From: Glycera tridactyla
Lineage: Eukaryota
Direction of reading: 5' to 3'
Length of the DNA stretch: 64,000 nt
NCBI GenBank assembly: GCA_965644265.1
Contig: OZ286462.1
Location: 51,274,001 to 51,338,000 of the forward strand
The position numbers were made by a program, and so were the translations under genes. Of the stretch, positions 1 to 9,080 are shown in pieces. Numbering within the stretch: the first letter of the stretch is position 1; the number at the start of each line of letters is the position of its first letter. The notes beneath the pieces are model-generated. The model was given only the letters and a program-made list of their open reading frames with translations. It did not search any database and was not told the DNA's origin.

Positions 1-39
1 TCTGTTTTTGTAAAATCACCTGGTGGCGTGATTTTTGTG

Positions 40-400
40 TATTTGAAATAATTCCACAAGTTTCCCACTTAGCTTGAAACCCTGAAAATCCTGATAAGCG
101 CTTCAACATGTGAGGTGGGTTAGAATGAGAGCAGGTTGTATTTTTAGCATCAAAGTACAATATAGGCTCCCTCCATGTTCTTCTGTCTTGGATCATGGCA
201 GATCAGGTGACGGCTGATTCGAGGTCTGTGTAGAGATATAACGGAAGCCAAGATTTCAATCAAAGTGAATGTTTGTTCTCCAGAGGCTGGACTATGGTGG
301 TATAGTCTCAAACTTTATATATGTGAAAGAACTGTAGCCAACAGGTTTGACGATAGCTGTCTGAGTTTATTTAATTTTATATTTTCTTTTATGTTAGCAT
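40..400 (-). pseudogene. Possible heavily degenerate L2/CR1-type LINE relic (C-terminal end of ORF2)
   Basis: Manual minus-strand translation gives frameshifted fragments EILASVISLHRPRISRHLICHDPRQ and SHSNPPHMLKRLSGFSGFQAKWET. These resemble the L2/CR1 ORF2 C-terminal pattern (KIL..YK.LH..P.YL ... WNSLP....S.S.FK.KLK). The match is weak and made by eye. Confidence 0.3.
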
Positions 401-1829
401 TGGTCCACCATGGGGATCACCAGGCCCTGCCATCTTAGGTCTTTAAACAAAGATATTTTTGTAAAAAGATGTGACTGTTCTTACCCTGTGAGGGTATAAT
501 GAGGTGTTATTGTTATACTATTGATGTTTCTAGTGATCTTGAGCAGATTGGACAGACAGATATGATGAATGTTCTCTCCTGAGAAGTAATATGTTGGAAA
601 GAATTGAGAGAGAGAACAATGGAGCCGAATTCCAGAATAAAATGGTATTCTTAAATCATGTGATGCAAAACATCAGGTTTGGCCAGTGCAAGCGCCATCT
701 ATATCCTCGATTTGTCCACATAATAATAGATTATTCGCGGAAATGGCTCAATTTAGTCATTACCTTCAGGGCACACTCTGTAGAATGGCGAAAAAAAATA
801 AAAACTGCAGAGGGTTGTGAAACAGTGGTAGTGTGATGGAGAGCTTGACTCCCGCCACAATCACTCTCGCTACGACCAACAACGCCAGTTTATTCGCTAT
901 GTTTTCCAGGTATATACAGGTTTATGTCAAATTGACGCCTGATGTGAATATGATAGAGAAGAGTGAATTTTTAATGAATGTTTTGCTACTGTGTTTGAGG
1001 CTGAGACAGCTAGTGGAAATTTCTATGACTATGGAAGTTTGTGAAGATCATTGCAATGTCTGGTAGTGCAAGAGAGCCTAATCTTGCACAGGTTGTTCTA
1101 TAATATATCTATGAACCAAGGTTTAAGCTTATATATTAATGTGGTTCTTGAAGTTTAAGCTCCACCACCCTCATCATTGTTACCTAAGGCTCCAGAGAAT
1201 CCCATTGATGCAGCCAGTGTGGTGGCGTGATTTGATCTAGCTAAAAGTCCCTGTGGATCACCTAAGTTGGGATGTCTTGTTTGTGTATTCTCCCTAGGTG
1301 CCTAGGTGGGTGCAAGGTTAAGGGTACCCTATCATTCTGTTCAGTCAACAATAATAGACGAAATATGCAATGCTGTGCAATGACTGATGTCAGAACCAGA
1401 AGCCAGCCGACCTTTGCTTCTGATTCTGACCATCAACCCTCATTTCTGCATTCAAAATTCATGCTGTTTATGTGTGTTGGGCGTGATATTTTGAGTATAG
1501 TCTCTGTGTGATGTCAGAGTCAAATTGAGAAATAAGTTAAACGGGATCTTTGGTGGGACTACCACCACTGATCGTGGCCAAAATGTTCTCAGAAATGAGA
1601 GGTCACAAGTCTGTGGCTATATTCTCAATCTCTATAAATGTATCGCGATTGTGGCGTGATTGTGCGTGATCAGATTATACATGTGAAACCCCATATTTAA
1701 TCGCATGATACTCGCATTTATCGCATGGTAAGGTTGCTGTGTGTGTATAATCATGTATATATATATATATGAATCGTAAGCAGTTTTGGAGGGAAATATT
1801 TTGTGATTGATTGATATGTTGATACTTCA

Positions 1830-2400
1830 TGATATCGATCGGTTATTAACTGGTATGTTCGTTTGCTTGAGTTTCAGAGACATGGCGCCAGGAGTGACCC
1901 TTGTGGGATGCCTCATATCTTCCATTTCTCTGAGCTCGGCAGATGGGCATATCAGTGGACCAGCATGGAGTATGCGACCGCTACCAATCAAGTCCTGCCA
2001 AAATCTGTGATAACAGCCATATGCCAGGTCACGCCACCAGTGTAGCTTCAACACCGAACTTTTAGGAATCACAGGCTGACCTGGCTGGACGATGTATATA
2101 ATGGCTGAAAGTGTGCTCAATACGATCGCGAAAATTCACATGGACTGCATATTATCATTGATAAGTGGCCTCTTGTTGGCCTATAAGCAGAGACGATGTA
2201 GTATGAGGAAACCAGCTGATAGTCAGCCCAATGAACATTATGGTTGGTTGCTGTAATAATGGTGTGTGGTTGTCTGATTTCCATACGTAAAACTGCTTGC
2301 TTGTCTGTGATATGGGCCCCATGCACTGTCTGTGTGACAGACGATGTATGGTGAGTACATGAAATGTCTTGTTGACAAGATGATGAGTTTCTCACATGTG
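1830..2400 (-). pseudogene. Degenerate APE-endonuclease relic of an old LINE
   Basis: ORF 2117-2395 contains YYIVSAYRPT (compare APE ..IVSVYRPP). ORF 1827-2120 contains HPTRVTPGAMSL (compare APE EPTRVT..S.TL.DL). The two motifs are in the expected order on the minus strand. Confidence 0.45.
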
Positions 2401-3877
2401 GTGGCGTGAGTATGGTGGCATGACGAGGGTAGTCTCCTCCTGGATAACTACGCCAGATGTGGGGTGGAAGGCATCATGCAGTGAGTGGCTGAGGCCACTG
2501 TTTTATGATGATACTAGTTATCTCAGGATGGAGCTGCAGGCTGCCATGATTTATGAGATTTGCTTACATTCTTCTTTTTTCTTCTTCTTGACTATCTGTC
2601 TCTCTTCTGTTAACCCTTCTTTGCTTCTTTGAAGACTGTTTCCCTATCTACTTTCTCTTTTTGGTTCTTTTGAATCATATCTTGCTTTAATATATACCAG
2701 GTTATCGTTTGGTAACGATTTTGGGAAGTTTCAGTGTGTTGGAACATCAACCTAAGTCAAAATTGAGTAGAAACCGGATTTTATTTCGCCATTAGACCGC
2801 CAATCTGGTGGCGTGATTCTATCTATGATGAATGGTTAATGTTCCAAGTAACCATCCCGGATTGTAGTCAAATTCACTTACATTTGGTCGAAATAGAAGC
2901 TTAGGGCATCTTGTGATGTATATATCAGCAAATTGGCGATTTATGCCATTTAAAAATGGAAATATCATGTTTTTGGCTGCTTGAGAACATACCACGAGTT
3001 CTGTCAATATACGGAGCCGGGATGATACTGTACATCAGGTAAACTGAATATGTGCAGCACTAGCTGCGGATGTCATGAATTCCGTGTAGTAATGTGCAAT
3101 TTTCGGCAATAGGTTCGGGAAGAAATCGAAAAAGAGGCTATGCTTCAGAGTAATAGCATGCTCAAAGAAGCCCCATGCTCGGAGACCATGAGGTGAGAGC
3201 AAGCATCTCCCTGTGAAAAGTCGCCTTTATGCATTAACATGCATTATCACAGGATCACAGTGTTGAAATGTGTCTCTTTTTCAGCTATTATATATGTGAA
3301 TTCACCTCGAACTTGTCCAGTGGTAAAATTCCTAGAAATGAACCTATGCTGAAAATCAGCTTAGGATGAAAACGACTAAGCAAATGCATAGGATAGGTGG
3401 CTTAAGTTTCCTAAGCAGAAGGTTGAACTGAAATTTGCTGGGTTCATGGTCACGCATGCAACTCAGTCTGCAAACCAACTGGAAGCTGTGGAAACGTCTT
3501 TTAACACCACAAATGCTTAGTGAACTAGGGGAATCGCCTTGCTTCTTAGTAAGGAGGGTACTTGCTCCGAGGTCGTAGCATTCCTAAGTTGGGATGTATA
3601 TATCAGCGATTTTATTCAGGTCAGACACCATTGTCAGAAAATGGCAGAGTTTTAGCCAGACAATGCAGACATGTTTTGAAGTAGGTCAGAAAGGCTGCTG
3701 CGAGCAGTGGTATTCTTCCACCAGGCAGGCTGCTGATGCTGAAGGCTGGTAGGCTGGCCACATATTTTCAGTATCTAAGAATAACCATGAATCCAGGCCA
3801 GCTTGCATAAGCTCGTTCTGCCTTGGTGTCGGCAGCCATCTTGGTTGCCATTATGTATGCTGGTGCAGGGCACGGAA

Positions 3878-4021
3878 GTGACCTGGTTTCACTATTGACA
3901 TCAGAGAATGTGACCTGGTTTCACAATCGACACCAGGGCAAGACTTATAAGGCCCTGGTTGCTAAGGAAGATGTGGTTACTAAGGGAAATCAGGTCACAC
4001 TGTGTCAAAACCGGGTCACAT
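3878..4021. repeat. Small palindromic (MITE-like) module with 2+2 inverted copies of GTGACC(T/C)GGTTT and a central hairpin
   Basis: GTGACCTGGTTTCAC at 3878 and 3910. Inverted copies GAAATCAGGTCAC (3986-3998) and AAAACCGGGTCAC (4007-4019). Central ACCAGGGC/GCCCTGGT stem (3932-3939 / 3952-3959). Confidence 0.65.
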
Positions 4022-4507
4022 AGGCCTCATTTCTAGGAATGAGCCTTTGCAGCTCCTTAGAAGGCTGGGCAAGCACTCGAGGTGAAGCATTCCATTCTAT
4101 CTCAAGGATATATAACTGTGAGGGAAGGAATGAGAAGCAGAGATCTTCTGGGAGCCTACGAGGACGGTCGCTGCCGAGATAGGACGAACTTCAGCTTCTC
4201 AGTCCTTCCCACTGCATTCTTGTACCTGTTGGAAGAGGGAAGGAATAAAGGACTTCATTTAACCTGGACAACATCGTTGGTCATTCATGTTGGTGAGCCT
4301 GGGTGAACAAAAGTGAGCCTAGGTGAGCCAGCTCCAGCCTATGAAGAGTCGATCCTGTGAGCAATCCCCCGCTCTTATGTGTCTGAGATGTGTCTACTAG
4401 GTGCTACTAGGAGATCATAAGTACATTTACTAGCCCGGGTATCAACTGTCTGGGTGACTGCTCTACAATCCTTGCTCGTCATGAACACGCCTGTAAACCA
4501 TCTTTGA

Positions 4508-4648
4508 CAGATACATCGTACTTGGACGACAAATGGGACAGTGTTTATTGTGAGAAACGAGGGAGAAGAAGCCAACCCCATCACAAGCGAGGACGATTTG
4601 CCGCGCATCACCAACGCAGATGAAAACACTGATCAAAACCAGGGATAA
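4508..4648 (+). pseudogene. C-terminal fragment of LINE ORF1p
   Basis: Manual translation QIHRTWTTNGTVFIVRNEGEEANPITSEDDLPRITNADENTDQNQG*. This matches the W(T/S).(D/N)G.(I/V)F....I...(D/E)DL C-terminal pattern typical of CR1/L2-group ORF1 proteins. There is an in-frame TGA at 4505-4507 immediately upstream. Confidence 0.65.
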
Positions 4649-4782
4649 TTCGTTTTTTCCAACGAAAATTCCTCCCGACGGCACTAATTCAATTATTGTA
4701 TGAATCTTGTGTGCTAGTTGTTAATAGTAAGCATTTTGAATAATGGACTACTTTTTCTGTGCATTCTTATTGTAATACAAGA

Positions 4783-4940
4783 CAATGGCGGTTATATGAC
4801 CAACCGCTCCCATGATTCCTTGCGAAATTTTTCGCAATTACCGGACAAATTCTCCCATGATGCTTTGCGAATCTCGACACTCAGCCAATCAGCGAGCTCC
4901 TTCCTCGAAGGGCTAGGCAAGAGGTACAAAATGGCGGCCG
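4783..4940 (+). promoter_or_regulatory. CpG-rich Pol II promoter-like cluster inside the LINE inter-ORF region (2x Staf/ZNF143-like, CCAAT box, YY1)
   Basis: CTCCCATGATTCCTTGCG (4807-4824) and CTCCCATGATGCTTTGCG (4852-4869) resemble the Staf/ZNF143 site. AGCCAATCAG is at 4883-4892, CAAAATGGCGGC (YY1) at 4927-4938, and a second AATGGCGG near 4784. Confidence 0.6.
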
Positions 4941-5042
4941 AGACCAGAATCATGAACATCACCCGGTATTTCAGAACAACTTAATGCCTTCATAATCACT
5001 TATAGGACACGAATTATTGCTACTTCAAGAGTTCGGTTACCT

Positions 5043-5195
5043 ATGGACCGACTAACGCCACCAGACAATCTTCGGAGGTAGAATAATAACTTTGCTAGAC
5101 GATTTATCTCCCTACTAATCGAGTTGTCATAAGAGTTAGACTGCATTCATCGAAGGGTGCTATGTGTACTTGCTCGGCGGTTCGTCTCGGTCCAT
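5043..5195 (+). other. Predicted multi-branch RNA structure in the LINE leader
   Basis: Closing stem ATGGACCGA (5043-5051) / TCGGTCCAT (5187-5195), extended by ACGCC/GGCG. Inner stems GGAGGTAG (5074-5081) / TTATCTCC (5104-5111) and GCATTC/GGGTGC (5143-5160). Confidence 0.5.
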
Positions 5196-5593
5196 CAATA
5201 ATACTCAACACTATTTTGTCTTAATGCATCAGCTACTACCTTAATATGTTTAAATGGCTGGTTCATCTAGATTTTTGGGCCCACACCATGGAGAGGGCTG
5301 ATACCTGAACTGATGACCATGACCATTTCCTGCAGTGTAAATATAGTATAACACCATGAACAGCACATAGAATACTCTACTCAAAGACAGGGATATATGA
5401 ACTAGTTGCTTGAAAACTTGCATGTAAGAGCTACAATGGCAGGCTATCTCTAAAAGTGGTGTTTCTGACATAAGAATAGCCAAAGATGGACTGAGATCGA
5501 ACGAACTTGTCTCATATGCATAATGTTGTTCCCGTTTGAAATTTATCTTGTATTCCAGCATTCAACACTGCCTCAGGTATACGACTCACTTAT

Positions 5594-5688
5594 GGATGGC
5601 GTTTAATCCACATGGATACCTCATCCTCTAGTTGTGTCTGATCCTTTTTAGACAAGGATGGCGTTTAACCCATATGGGCACCTCATCC
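5594..5688 (+). repeat. Two tandem 33-nt bulged hairpins (62 nt period) with a compensatory base change
   Basis: GGATGGCGTTTAATCCACATGGATACCTCATCC (5594-5626) and GGATGGCGTTTAACCCATATGGGCACCTCATCC (5656-5688). Confidence 0.75.
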
Positions 5689-5993
5689 ATATTGAAAGAC
5701 AAGTAGATGTATTCGTCAAGTAACATGTTAATGAAAGGCATGTAGCCGCATTGGTGAATATTATGTCATTATCTACGATATCGACCCTTATTCCTCTTGA
5801 GATCATATCACAAGGCAGACTTGACTTAGTTTGATCTGAATGCAATATACCAGACTGATCATGCACTGATAGTATGGTAGTTTTACTCATGGGGATCACT
5901 TACTGACCAGAAAGGGACTGTTTCACTAACGAACAAGGTTGATCTATCACCCCCCCCCCCTCCCTTTGGTAATCTTTATATATCAATAGTATA

Positions 5994-8900
5994 TTGATCT
6001 CATATAGAATATCTCCAGACACCGTCCTGAGAGTAAACGTGTGTGAATGTGAATCTTATATCACCCATCGCTCAATAGCAGCTATCATAGTACACAGAAC
6101 ATTGTTTCTGTTTAAAATGACCCTATATGGGTATCTCCATAACTGTTTCCCAGACACCTTTAGCTTGCAGATACTAATATATCGATCCGGTGACATAGAA
6201 AAGAACCCTGGACCTAACGAAATCACTGTCACAAATCTAAGAGAGATCAGTAGAGCTAAGGGAATCACCATAGCCCACCTGAACATCTGCAGTATCTTCA
6301 ATAAGCTGGACCATTTAAGACACTTACTATTCAACAGTGACATAGACCTGATGTATATCACAGAAAGCTGGTTAACTGGACATATTACTGATGCAGAGCT
6401 GAAAATATCAAATTACAACATACTCAGAAACGATAGAAAAGACAAGAGAGGGGGTGGTGTTTGTCTGTTTATTAAAGAAAAATACAATTTCTCTAGAGTA
6501 TCAGAATTAAGCATAAGCAACAATGACATTGAAAGCCTAGGCATACAGTTGATATTGCCACATACAAGGAAAATTCTCATAACAGGTATTTATAGACCAC
6601 CCAATGGGAACATAGGGAATTTCTTTGACAACATGGGAGAGTTTACAGAATTCACACTGAATAATCCAGATGCAGAAGTGGAATACATTGGAGACTTTAA
6701 CATTGACTTGACTCAGAAAAAAGCAAGGGACACAGTATCTCTACTCAGATGGGCAGGTCTATGCGGACAACAGTCTTTCTTAAATGGTCCAACCAGGATA
6801 ACTGCAGATACTTCTACATGTATAGATCTAATCTTCTCAAATAGACCTGAAGTGATGAATCAAACAGGCCATTTTCGCCACGGAATCAGTGACCATGACT
6901 TGATTTTCTATAGCCGAAAGCTGATCAAACCCAAGGGAGAGACTAAATTTATTCACGCCCGGAGTTTTAACAAATATGATAAAACCAGCTTCTGTGAAGA
7001 CCTACGGAACACAAACTGGAATATCATACTAGCGCAGACTGACGCAAACGAAGCTTGGTCTATTTTTAAGGATATGTTCTTACCAATTTGTGACAGACAT
7101 GCCCCATATAAGAGGATCAAGATTAAGGGTAGCCTACCACCCTGGTTGACACATGAGTACTTCTCTGCAAGCGACCAACGTGACTATCTGTATAGAATCT
7201 TCAAGCAGACTAAGAATAAGGACGATGAAATCATAGCAAAAAGGGCAAAAAATTATGCAAATATGTTAAATCGAAACCTTAAGAAGGAATATGTTCAAAA
7301 TCAAATAGATCGCTTTAGAACTGATAGCAAGAATTTATGGAAAGTCATCCGGAATATTTTACCCAACAATAAATCTACAGATATGCCCAAAACTACAATC
7401 TGTGACAGGTCTGACAATACTGACATTGCAAATGCATTGAACCAGCATTTTGTAGGAGTGGGGCCAAAATTAGCAAGTATGCTGCCAAATGGTGACAGAA
7501 GACTAATCCCCGAAATAGACAATCTAGAACTGTCCTTTGAATTTCACAATATAGAAACCAGTTTTGTACTGAAGTCACTATCTACACTGTCCTGCTCAAA
7601 GGCAACAGGCCTTGATAATCTGCATGCCCAACTATTGAGGGATAGTAGTGAGATTGTGTCACATGCAATTGCCTATATAATGAATTTGTCAATTGGTACA
7701 AGTGTGTTTCCAGAGGAATGGAAGGAAGCCAAAGTCACCCCCTTGTATAAGGATGGAGACAGGAATTCTCCTTCTAACTATCGTCCAATTTCAGTCTTGC
7801 CCATCTTAGGTAAGATATTGGAAAGATTCGTACACGACCAGATATATGCTTTTATGAATGATCATAATCTTTTTCATCCATCCCAGAGTGGGTTCAGGAA
7901 AAATCATTCCACAACTACCTGTGCAATTTCTGTAACAAACGACATCCTAAGTGCAATGGATAGAGGATCTAGTGTTGGTGCTGTATTTCTCGACCTGAAA
8001 AAGGCTTTTGACACCGTCGACCATGCCCTGCTCTGTAAGAAACTTGCGGAGTACGGTATGGGCGACGGTGTCACAGGCTGGATAAATAGCTATTTGTCAA
8101 ATCGACATCAAAGAACGACTTTCCGAGACAAGCTCTCAGATAGAATGTTAATACGATGTGGAGTCCCTCAGGGTTCCATATTGGGACCATTGTTGTTTGT
8201 GATTTACCTCAATGATTTGCCGAAAGTACTACTGAATTCAAAAATCGCAATGTATGCAGATGACACTGCAATCTACTATGAAAGCACCACCACTGAAGAC
8301 ATAAATCTGAAATTACAGGAAGACCTGGAACTGATGGCAAATTGGCTAGTTGTCAATCGCCTGTCACTGAATGCACAGAAAACTAACACTATGCTTTTTA
8401 CAAGAATGCGGCTTTTTTACCAAGGCCAACTTGACCTGCATATTGGCAATACGCAATTGGAACAGGTTGAACACATGAAATATCTGGGTTTATACCTTGA
8501 CAAACGGCTTAGTTTTGACAATCATATTGAAAAATTGTGCAACAAATCAAAAGGCAAGTTATATGCATTGGGGAGAGTACGGAAATACATGAAACAAGAA
8601 ACTGCCTTGAAATTATACAAATCACTAATCTTACCAGTCATAGACTATGGTGATGTTTTATATGGAACTGCAAATCAAAATTCATTAATGAAAGTTCAAA
8701 GGATCCAAAACTCGGCCTGTCGAATTGTTTTGTTAGCTGATAGACTAACAAGCACAGCCTCAATGCATGAACAGCTAGGCCTTTTGAATCTTGCAGAAAG
8801 AAGATTGTATCATGACTGCATTTTTGTCTTCAAATGTGTTAAAAAACTGTCACCAACTTATTTGCATGAAATTATAACTCCACTGTATCTTCATCATGGT

Positions 8901-9080
8901 CGTAGTACCAGAGGAGTCACTCAAGGAAATGCTGTTGTACCAAGAAGCAGAACAAATGCTGGAATGCAATCCTTCTCCGCACGAGGTCCATTTACCTGGA
9001 ACAAACTACCACAAAATCTCAAGGAAATGGACGACCTTAGTTCTTTTAAATTTGCACTGATCAATTGGTTGAAAACCTGA
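5994..9080 (+). CDS. LINE ORF2p: 2A peptide + APE endonuclease + reverse transcriptase (first ATG at 6117)
   Basis: Uninterrupted 1028-codon ORF. APE motifs: HLNICS, ITESWL, RGGGVCLFI, GIYRPPN, GDFNID, PTRIT..TCIDLIF, SDHDLI. RT motifs: YRPISVLP, QSGFR, FLDLKKAFDTVDH, GVPQGSILGPLLF, YADD, KYLG. CR1/L2-type C-terminus (TWNKLP...FK..L). Confidence 0.97.
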   Translation: MISYRISPDTVLRVNVCECESYITHRSIAAIIVHRTLFLFKMTLYGYLHNCFPDTFSLQILIYRSGDIEKNPGPNEITVTNLREISRAKGITIAHLNICSIFNKLDHLRHLLFNSDIDLMYITESWLTGHITDAELKISNYNILRNDRKDKRGGGVCLFIKEKYNFSRVSELSISNNDIESLGIQLILPHTRKILITGIYRPPNGNIGNFFDNMGEFTEFTLNNPDAEVEYIGDFNIDLTQKKARDTVSLLRWAGLCGQQSFLNGPTRITADTSTCIDLIFSNRPEVMNQTGHFRHGISDHDLIFYSRKLIKPKGETKFIHARSFNKYDKTSFCEDLRNTNWNIILAQTDANEAWSIFKDMFLPICDRHAPYKRIKIKGSLPPWLTHEYFSASDQRDYLYRIFKQTKNKDDEIIAKRAKNYANMLNRNLKKEYVQNQIDRFRTDSKNLWKVIRNILPNNKSTDMPKTTICDRSDNTDIANALNQHFVGVGPKLASMLPNGDRRLIPEIDNLELSFEFHNIETSFVLKSLSTLSCSKATGLDNLHAQLLRDSSEIVSHAIAYIMNLSIGTSVFPEEWKEAKVTPLYKDGDRNSPSNYRPISVLPILGKILERFVHDQIYAFMNDHNLFHPSQSGFRKNHSTTTCAISVTNDILSAMDRGSSVGAVFLDLKKAFDTVDHALLCKKLAEYGMGDGVTGWINSYLSNRHQRTTFRDKLSDRMLIRCGVPQGSILGPLLFVIYLNDLPKVLLNSKIAMYADDTAIYYESTTTEDINLKLQEDLELMANWLVVNRLSLNAQKTNTMLFTRMRLFYQGQLDLHIGNTQLEQVEHMKYLGLYLDKRLSFDNHIEKLCNKSKGKLYALGRVRKYMKQETALKLYKSLILPVIDYGDVLYGTANQNSLMKVQRIQNSACRIVLLADRLTSTASMHEQLGLLNLAERRLYHDCIFVFKCVKKLSPTYLHEIITPLYLHHGRSTRGVTQGNAVVPRSRTNAGMQSFSARGPFTWNKLPQNLKEMDDLSSFKFALINWLKT
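6159..6215 (+). other. 2A-like StopGo (ribosome skipping) sequence FSLQILIYRSGDIEKNPG|P
   Basis: Exact match to the D(V/I)ExNPG|P consensus (GAC ATA GAA AAG AAC CCT GGA CCT, 6192-6215), preceded by a hydrophobic helical tract and located directly before the APE domain. Confidence 0.9.

Noticed and set aside
21-2815. CTGGTGG resembles the E. coli Chi site (GCTGGTGG)
   Set aside because: The sequence is eukaryotic, none of the copies has the leading G, and the conserved unit extends to CGTGA.
4718-4984. 88-aa ORF with a hydrophobic N-terminus in the LINE spacer
   Set aside because: It starts at TTG right after a stop, and its repeats are explained by the DNA promoter motifs. Only the terminal ATG-initiated uORF was kept.
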